Origin: Octopus vulgaris
Lineage: Eukaryota
Reading direction: 5' to 3'
Assembly: GCA_951406725.2 (NCBI GenBank)
Contig: OX597818.1
Coordinates: 4,712,001 to 4,776,000, forward strand
Length of the DNA: 64,000 bases
The notes under the pieces were generated by a model. The model made no database searches and was not told the DNA's origin. It saw only the letters and a program-made list of their open reading frames with translations. This document shows positions 53,001-64,000 of this stretch, one piece after another. The stretch's first letter is position 1. Every line of letters begins with the position of its first letter. The position numbers and the translations under genes are program-made.

Positions 53001-53794
53001 ACCAAGATTTACTTCGGTACTATGAAAAAGCCCGCGATGACCCTTCAATCGGATACATGAAGTGGTCAAAATATTACTGGGGCGAAGCTCATCTCAATTT
53101 AAATACCATTACGACGAAACAGCTCCGATAACAAGCATCTTTTGTAAGAAACAAATCAACTGGTCCTCGATCATCCCAAAACACTAAGAATGGACCAACA
53201 TCTGCTAGAAGCGCCGTAAAACATAAGGTAAAGAAATCATAGCTCCCGTCATCGCTAAATTCGAGTGTGTCTCCAAATTTAGTTGACTCAGTAGCGAAGA
53301 CTACAGAATACATCCAACTCAAAAACATTTAAAAATTACAATTGGCAAAAAAGCTTTGCTACTTTCTCGAAGCTTTCGTATAGTAACAGACCATTCTCAA
53401 CAAGAGTGAGAAAAAATCCGACCGATCTAATGTTTATAGTTATCAACGATGTCACTGGAGAGCATATGGAATCATGTGATGTTAATTACTGGAATATGAA
53501 TATCCTTATATCCACAGCTGCTATTATGCTTAAAGAACACCTAGGATAAATCTACAGTAAACAAAGTAACGAAATTACTAAACGGAAACAACCTAGATGG
53601 AAAACAAAACTTGAAGAAAACATCAACAATGCGCACTGTCATATCGGATGGTTCACCAACTCTACCTTAACTTTTCACACCGAGCTCTTGAGGGAAAGCT
53701 AATCACTTTAAAACTCGGGACGATGAGTGAGAAACTCCGCTATCGCATGCGAATTTTTGAACGAGTCAGTATCAATCGCAAGTTTGCTTCCAAT

Positions 53795-54363
53795 CAGGTC
53801 TGTCGCGTGATTTTTAGAGGCCCCGGGCAACTTTTTGTTTCGAGGCCCCATCCCTTCAATCAAAATTAATAATCTTACACACCTTTCATTCATAGCTATA
53901 TTTTACTTTATTCTATCTGAAGTTCAATATTTCACGTTATCTAAAGAACATCTTTAAAAGTACAAGTTAAATTTATTTAGGTCTATTACAAATTTCAATA
54001 AGTAAAACTTTCAGATATGAATAAAAGAGCACTTCAGGCAACTTTCAAAGTCAAACATGGCGCACTTTTCGCTTCGCGAAATCACCTATCAGTCCAGAAT
54101 AATCAAGCTGAGAGCTAAGTTCATGTTCAATAGATACACGTTCATGGTTCAATGTAATATTTTCACTAGAACTTTTGCAAGTACAATGTATTACCATTTT
54201 ATTCCTTGAAATTTTCAGTTAACATAGGTAGTTTAATTCTTGTGCAACAACTTAACCAAAGTAAATTGATGACTCATCCACGTACTTTGATCTTAACATG
54301 GGGCCCCTCAACCGCGGAGGCCCCTGCGACCGCAGGGGTTGCAGGGGACTAGCGACGGCCCTG
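53795..54363. mobile_element. hAT-type non-autonomous element
   Basis: Ends caggtctgtcgc / gcgacggccctg, ggcccc subterminal motifs, and an 8-bp TSD cttccaat / ctttcaat. Confidence 0.8.
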
Positions 54364-54657
54364 CTTTCAATCCACAAGCATTATACAGAGAGAAGAGGAA
54401 GGAAAACTCTCGTCAAAATTTGGAACGAAAACATGGATTTCAACCTGTATGCATCATGGTTAAATATAATTGAGAGAGAATACTGTACTAATACTAACAG
54501 TAAAACATAAAATTGATGCAGAAACCTTCGCTATAGCAGTAGGCAAACTGCAGAATGGGAAGGCACCTGGATGGGACCTAATAATTGGATACTGGTACAA
54601 GAAGTTGACATGATATAGAAACCAGTAGATATGTAGAAGCTGACATGATATAGAAAC

Positions 54658-56243
<1,586 letters not shown>

Positions 56244-57640
56244 TATGTTAAAAAGGACTATGGAAGGTCAGACAGATATACTAAATTAGCTCGCTACAGC
56301 AAGGGCAAAAAATGAAATCACCAAGATGGTAGGAAACTACAGTCCCATTGCTTGTTTAAACATTATGTGCAAACTGTTCACAAGTTGCCTCAACCAATTC
56401 TTTCAGGTCCATTGTGAGTCGAACAACTGATGAAGAGGCTGGTGGAAAGAAGGGAAAATGGGGTTGTGTAGAACAACTTTTAATGAATAAAGCTGTACTG
56501 TCTGAAGTAAGAAAACAATATAGAAACCATGTGACAGTGTGGCTTGACTATGGGAAGGCATTCGACTATATCCCTCATCCATGGCTGTTGAAGTGCTTAC
56601 ATCTGGCAAAAGTGCCTACTGCCTTAATTGCAGCTATAGAGAGACTCACAAAGATATGGACAACAATTCCTGACCTTACAACTGAGAAGAGAATAATTGT
56701 TTCTGATAGAATAGGCATTTCAAAGGGAATATTCCAGGGAGATAACCTTTCTGTACTTCTTTTCATTTGACACTGAATCCTTTATTATTCCTACTGCAGA
56801 AAACAAATGGTTACATGCTAGGACCTTCAACTGCTAAAAATATCAATGTAACTCATAATTTATTTGTAGACGACCTGAAGATTTATGCTTAAAGTGTTAA
56901 CAATGCCAAAAAACAACTGGAATTAACAACATTTTCAGCTGATATACGCATAGAATTTGACCAAAGGAAATGTTCATTTTTGGTTATAGAACGGGGAAAG
57001 TCAGTCTCCCAAACCCAAAACCTGTGCATCAACGGTCTCTCAATCTCCCTTATTCCACACAAAAAATGTTACAAGTACTTAGGCATAGACGAAAATGTAT
57101 CATATGAAGGCCCTGTGAATAAAGATAGAGTGATCAGAAAATATTACACCAGACATAGGAAAATATGGCAGTCGGAACTCTCCTCTTACAACAAAACAAT
57201 ATCCCACAATACATTTTCAGTATCAATGCTGATTCCAACATTTGAGATACTTGATTGGTCTGTAGAGGAAATCCATTCCATAAACATCAAAACCCGCAAA
57301 ATCCTGACAACAACTGAGAAATTCAACAGAAACAGTTCTACGATAAATACACACACGAGCAATGTAAGGAATATTTTTAAAAAATAGTCTTACCTTCAGG
57401 ATGGAATACGAAGTTAATACATACCCCAATATCAATTGATTTCATAGTGTGCATGAGAAACATGCTTTGCAATCCTCAGTTGGAGACAGTTATTTGACAT
57501 CTATTTCTAAAATGTTCACTACGTCAACTCGTGTGCATTTCTAACTGTAAACGTCCCGCTCCGTTTATAGAGAACTGGTGGTTTTTTGAAGCTTTCGCTT
57601 TGGTTTTTAGCAAGCAGTATCTTTAGCCTTCTTTTCTTCA

Positions 57641-57696
<56 letters not shown>

Positions 57697-57849
57697 CAAT
57701 TAAGATTCAGTTGAATTAGGTACTCAAATTGATGCACTTTGTTATGTCGGAGATACATGCACACCCAAACAATATTAAGTAAATATAAGACTCGGTGCAG
57801 AAGTGCTAGCACTTGATATTCTTGTAGTGTATGTAGATAATACAACCCA

Positions 57850-59415
57850 GCTTAGTGAAGAGATCCGTTCTTGGCTATTCAGACATTTACTTTATATTAA
57901 AATATTTTCCATAATATTTCCGAACCACAGATTCCACATATAGGTGAATAAAATATGAATGAGTAACAAAGAGGTACAAGTGTCAATTCATTACGGCCAT
58001 TTCAAGCGATTGCTTTAATTGATTAATGCAAACATTACATCATTGCAAAGAAACCGTTTTCGTCAGATGACTGTATGAACTTCAAACATAAAGGAAAATT
58101 CAACTAAGATTTGGTTGTTCCAGACTCCTGTAAGGTTCTGAGAGGGAAGAATAAGTGGAAGGAGACAATAAAGATGTTCTAATTATAGAAATGGGGTAAA
58201 GGGGATTTCAGAGCTCCATATAAGGAATTTATGTGAATATTTCTATATTTTTCAAATTTTAATTTTTATAACCAAATAAGAAGGAATATACCATACTGGC
58301 TTTCAATTTAACATTCATAGATGATTTCACTGCAAACTTAAAATTGAATTCTTCTTTTTTCTAAAATTAAACTGTATGAATCTAAATAGTTGGAATCCTA
58401 AATAATATGAATCCCAAATAGTAGAAATACTAAATAGTATGAATCCCATATCCCTAAAGAAACTATTCGGTTCACCTTGATTATCTCACTTCCATTTCTT
58501 AATATATAATTAGTCTAAGATATCTTTACAAAATATATATTTAACCAAATAGGAACGAATATACCATACTGGTTTTAGTTTAACACTTATAAATGATTAA
58601 AAAACTTCATTATAAACTTAGAATTAAATTCTTCTTTTTATAATGTTCCCCAATACTAAGTAGTATTAATCCTATGTCCCTAGGGTAACTATTTGGTTCA
58701 TCCTGATTATCTCACTCTCATTTCTTAATATATAATTAACCTAAGATATTTTTACCTAACTAATTAACTTTTATCCGCAGGTAGTAAATTTTATTCCCAA
58801 TAGATCCTATTTTTTAATTCATCAATATAAACTTACTATCCATGAAGTTTGAATAATTTACTCTTCTAAATCACCTCCCCTCATATTATGAAATATCACA
58901 TTCTACTAAATCTTTGAATATCTTCTTTCTTTGATTTTCCCTCTTCCATCTTTCTTAGTATAGATTTTGACCCATTATAGGTTCACTTGATTAATAAGGC
59001 TCCCCCCCCCAGTTAATAAGTACTATGCCTACTCTTAATAAGTGATAGTCTTTTTCTCCAAATTGAATAAATTTTAGATTTATATTTTTCCTTTATTCTA
59101 ACGTGTCAAAGTACTTGGAACTTATTGACCAACTGTTGTGATGATGTGCATAGGGTTTGTAAGGTTTCTGCATTCTCTGTGAATATTATTGTGACCACTT
59201 GACATTGACCTAGTTCTCCTAACACCGAATCTGTTCATCAAATAGTAGTAATTGGCATTTAGCAGTGACAATGCTGTCTTCTACATAAATTCCTTATATG
59301 GAGCTCTGAAATCCCCTTTACCCCATTTCTGTAATTAGAACATCATTATCGTCTTCTTCCACTTATTCTTCCCTCTCAGAACCTTACAGGAGTCTGGAAC
59401 AACCAAATATTAGTC
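57850..59415 (-). mobile_element. PLE pLTR-like region with inverted repeats (58102-58232 / 59283-59414) and an internal tandem duplication
   Basis: The ~130-bp inverted pair is highly similar. 58270-58530 is duplicated at 58540-58755, and a hammerhead lies at 57988. Confidence 0.6.
57988..58070 (-). ncRNA. Minimal hammerhead ribozyme motif
   Basis: tcat-CTGACGA-aaacgg...tcgctt-GAAA-tggcc-GTA-atga, with stem I tcat/atga. Confidence 0.6.
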
Positions 59416-60400
59416 AGTCAGTTGATGGGCTCCACTACCTCAAATGTTCTTAAAATTTAAATCCACATCTTTGTCTATATATATACTTTCTCTATAATGT
59501 TACCACTTGATATGAAAATTTTTGTATTAATGGAAAACTTCTATAATTGGCTGATGAGTGTTCAGCATTTTAAAACTGTTGTAATACTTACAACATTTAA
59601 TAAAATGATGTAGTACGAAACGATCGTACCAAATTACCGAATTATTCTTGTTGCTTATTTTGATTATAATCACCCCACCGATTTTTATTGATAACACCAT
59701 ACAGAATTCTGGTGCATCTAAATTAAGTACCATATTCATTTGAATCTAAATTTTTGCTGAACTTATATATATATATATATTTATTTTTATTTTTACTTTT
59801 TATTTATTTATTTATTTAAAAAAAAATTTATTAAATATATATAAGTATCAAAAAGTATTAAAAAGTTTAATATAAGATAAAAAGTATATATACAATAAAA
59901 GCAAAAAAGCAGAAATTTCATATATAATTCATTCTTAATTGTGTTCAACAGTTGTTTCATTAACATAAACATCGTTAAATGCATAATGATATAATGGTAA
60001 CACATAAGTAGTTAATTTGTATCAAATTAATTTAAAAGCTGTGCTTACACAAATCATCAGAAATATTATGTTCAGCTTTTATACCAATTTAAGTTAAATC
60101 TATTTAATTATGTCTCGTAATTATACAACTATGTATTTAATGATGTTTATGCTAATGAAATAGTTGAACACATTTAAAGCACGAAATAAATGTGAATTTT
60201 CTTTTTTGCCTTTACTCAAAACATGTTGGTCTTAAAGATCATTTTAGCCAATTATGTACATACATGGAAGTCAGTCTCACCTGGATTTACTACAATTTAA
60301 TGATGTGTTATTAATGACTTACTTAACAGCCTGTTATTAATTGAGCTCTTAATCACTGTGGATATAATTTTGACGTTTATGCTTCAATTCACATATGTCT

Positions 60401-60437
<37 letters not shown>

Positions 60438-60469
60438 TGTGTACAAGTGTGTGCGTGTGTACAAGCCTG

Positions 60470-61530
60470 ATAGAGCATCTATCATTGATGTTAGTTTTCA
60501 TGTATGGTGATCTCTATTTTTTTAGAATGTAGGATGTGTGATTTTAGGAGAAATTTGCTTGATTATTTCTGGCTTGGGCAGACCCAACACGTAAGCCTTC
60601 ATTTTTTTAATTTTTAAAGTGATAGAATGGGATTCGGGGGATTTCTTGCAATATCATTGTGGGTGTATCTAAAGCAAGTAGGCTACGTTAGTGGTTGCAG
60701 TTTAACCTCGGGTTATGTCTGATAACCTCGGGTTATGTCGGGGCTGACCTGTGATAGAATTCGTTCAAGCTGTGATCATCCAATCGTTTGTATATCAGGG
60801 GCTACATTGTCCAATGTGGCCGTCATTGTTTTAAGATTGTATGGTATGTGATTTGGAGGTTTGACTGATGTTTCTAGCAGTCTGGACAACCACTCAATGG
60901 TTCTGTCATTGGTTACCTTGTCAATGTCCCTTTGTTGCTGTTTAGATCCAAGTTTAGCATGATGGAGAAAATCTATGATAAAAGGGTTTTCTGTCCGTGA
61001 CTATCTTGGGTTCTTCTATATCAGGAACTACATTACTCAGTATCTCCTTCCTTTCTTAAGGACAGTAGTATGTGATTTGGTGGAAGATTTTGTATATGAT
61101 GATATTTTTTTAAGACGGTAATATTGGTGTTGTTGACAGCTTTCCGTCAATTTTTGTGTTTATCAAGAACGACACAACGTATCCTTGCTTTTTAAAAACT
61201 ATATTATATATAGTTTGGAGTAAACTTGGCTAGTCATTTCTAGCTTACCCTAATGGGCCTTTTCACATGAAATTGGTAGTGTAAGATTTGTGGGAATTTT
61301 AACCGTTAGGTTTATTAGGCTAATCTATTACGTAGAAGTCCCATTAGTTGTTGTTCAGCTCCAAATTAGCTCTGACCTACGATAAATGGCGTTCAAACTG
61401 TAACCATCCTATCTTTTTGCGTATCAAGAACTATTGTCCATTGTGCTCTTCCTTTCTAAAACTACTGGGTGTGTGATTTCAGGGTTTTGGATGCTATATC
61501 CAGAACTTTGAACGGTTGGTCAGAGGTTCT
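60470..61530 (+). repeat. Degenerate tandem array of a dispersed satellite-like unit
   Basis: A 'gt(a/g)tgattt.g.g..gattt.gctg.tatttctagc'-like anchor recurs at ~60536, 60844, 61068, 61211, 61279 and 61469. Confidence 0.6.
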
Positions 61531-63454
61531 TGGTTATTGCGCTGACTCAGGGCAAGGTGGCTGATAAGTGTTTATATACATAGTATATGAGTTCATATTT
61601 GTGAATCTCGAAAACGCTGAATTAGGTTACCCACTAACATATGTTATTCCATAAATATTTCGTCCAGTGAAGTTATTTTTATTTATGCAGTTCTTTGTTA
61701 GAAATATTCAATTGCATTGTAAATTCTGTTACACTAGTAACAGATACAGTAGGAATTATTGCTAGAGTGGATGTTTACTCACTTTGATGTTTATAGGGTA
61801 ATATCTCTCACACAAGTACATTACTCCTCTGAGTCCATATCAGTTTATTCACTAATTAATAAAAAAGTAATTTGACTTTTCCATGTCATCAAGAAACTTC
61901 TCGTACAGCCAAAGCTATAACATTCTTAATTAGATTTAAGTGCTTTTTGTATTTACCTTAAAACTTTCAGGTTTACTGTGAATTTGATGAATATGGTGAT
62001 ATACCGATCGAACCACAGTGACATGCTATTTGTACACTATATTTAACTTTTTAAAGCTACTTCTACAGATTTTCTGTAGAAATTATAACTAGTGAAAGTT
62101 ACAATGTTTCGTATACGAATATATCTATGTAAACAATGCGATCGAAGATAGAAAAATAGACAATGGATGTATATGTATATTTCAGGAATCCTTGCTCCTT
62201 CTTCAGCACCACATCCAACCCAGTAACCATCCAGGAACACATTGCTTAAATAGCAATCAAATATAGCAGTGTAATACAATTGGACATACCAATATTACAT
62301 AATAGATATATTCCTGGCAACTGGTGCCTATATATCAATTGCTACTAAGGACACCGTATTTCGTTATACAACCAAGTATATTCAAGACTTAATTTAATTT
62401 CAGTTTGTATTCTATTTCTGCATTTTAGGTAGTAATATTCGTATATATGTTTGAAACTAGATCTAAGTTCGTTCAACTATTCATGCTCTTTTGTTATTTC
62501 ACAGATTTCTAATGATAAGTTTTAGTGGATTTACGCATGCTTGTAGTATGTGCAGTATGTGCACTTGCACATACTGCCTTATTATTCTATACCCTAAGCC
62601 ACTTAAGCCAATTTTTCCAATTTTTTTTACTCTTTGCTATAATCAGTATTCTTCTTACCCATATTGCTATGCTTTTTAGGTAGAAGGGGCACGGTGCTAC
62701 TTCTATAATGAGGGAAAGTTTCTTTTTTCCTAATTAAAGCACATCATTTAGTGAACACCCATTAGTAGAACTTTTTAAAAAGAAAACCAAATAAATAACC
62801 CCTCCAAATATCTTCTTTTCTTCGATTGTAACCACCGCAAATTTAAAATGGCGGAATCAAAAGTTGTAGCAAAGTCTAAAAAAGCTAAGAAAAATTTATT
62901 TTATAAAATAAAACCTTTGTGCATGCGTGATTTTAAGTTTTTACTTTAATTTAGTATCAAAAATTCTATCCGTTTCAAACTACGATAACTCCCATAATGT
63001 TAGATAGTGTTAGATTTTGCAAAAATTTGCAAAATACTTAGATTATAAATACATTTTGCTATATTTATAGCGACAATAATAATAACCTCCATCGGAGCGT
63101 ATTGTTTTCAAAACGTACGACTGTGAAGCATCTAAAAGTACAAAAGTTAACATTTTTGTTATATCGAAAAACCCTATACATTAAATTATGTACTTAGCGC
63201 AGAGAATAACATTTTCTTTAGCTTTAGAAATAGCGGTGAACAGTACTGTAAGTCCATGGTTGCCTGTTGATAGTTAATACGATTAGGCTGTTTCTTGAAT
63301 TATGCGCCAGGTTTTAAGATTTGCTCACTTTCATTCATCGAAAACAATCTTTCACAAAACACAATGCATATTTCAGAAATTGGAAAAGAAAAATGAAAAT
63401 CAGATGCGCCAAGCATAATTCTTACTTAACACGCAACTTTTCCGGAAAATGTAA

Positions 63455-63775
63455 CTGTGTCAGCTGCCAGTGGACTCAAGTGACATTCATCATTCAGATT
63501 TCGAGAACTTTAGTGTGGTTTTGTGCAGTTCTAAAGAGCGCCGTTTTCTGTAGATGTTTTATCTTCACATTTCCTCCTATCTTTTCAGTCCAGCAATGCG
63601 TGCAACACTCTCCGTTTCCAATGAACACAGTCTTTTTAATTTCCACTTCAAATTATCATATATGAGCTTCTTTCTTTCTTTTCTTTCGGATACAATATCA
63701 TCACCAGAAGTTGCAAAATCTATGATTACAGAGATTTTGCTTCATTCACAACCATTATATACACCTTTTGATGTT
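63455..63775 (-). mobile_element. Restriction-like endonuclease C-terminus of an R4/Dong-type LINE
   Basis: Minus strand gives VIIDFATSGDDIVSERKERKKLIYDNLKW...HLQKTALFRTA..TKVLEI*. Confidence 0.7.
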
Positions 63776-63777
63776 TA

Positions 63778-64000
63778 ATTATCAATGATGGTCGTCTTTC
63801 TTGTGTCTTCAACCCTGAGTAGGTCATGAGATATGCCAGGACACATGGTCCTGACGTTCCAACTTCCTAACCGCAGGACTGGTGATTTCTTGTCTTTTGA
63901 TTGTTTGCCTGGTGCAGAGGTTGCAGACCGTTTTTAAAGTCAAACTCTTAGCTCCAAGCACCCAATAAAGCAGGCGGCCTGTCGTGGGTCAGTACCTTAT
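63778..64000 (-). mobile_element. RTE-BovB-like LINE 5' part (AP endonuclease N-terminus), runs off the window
   Basis: Minus strand gives KSPVLRLGSWNVRTMCPGISHDLLRVEDTRKTTIID. Confidence 0.75.

Overview
AT-rich eukaryotic DNA made up almost entirely of decayed transposable elements and microsatellites. The SINE and LINE-tail families look like those of octopus (coleoid cephalopod); this is an inference from recall, not from a search. No intact host protein-coding exon could be supported, and nearly all ORFs in the track are microsatellite or antisense artefacts or TE fragments. Recognisable elements are RTE and R4/Dong-type LINE relics, many Penelope-like element (PLE) fragments carrying about 7 minimal hammerhead ribozyme motifs, a full-length Chapaev3-type transposon (TAA target duplication), several mariner/Tc1 elements, a degenerate hAT, hAT MITEs, a Helitron-like element and tRNA-derived SINEs. 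The highlights are: (1) a head-to-tail pair of ~1.7-kb retroelements that encode only an L1/Tx1-like ORF1 (zinc knuckle, no RT), with conserved RNA hairpins and junctions that all carry an AGTT(A/C)ACA(C/G)C motif; (2) locally templated inverted insertions; (3) a tandem pseudoknot-like motif in RTE 3' UTRs; (4) a CpG-retaining island at ~16.5-17.8 kb between two CpG-depleted domains, suggesting a possibly bidirectional promoter.
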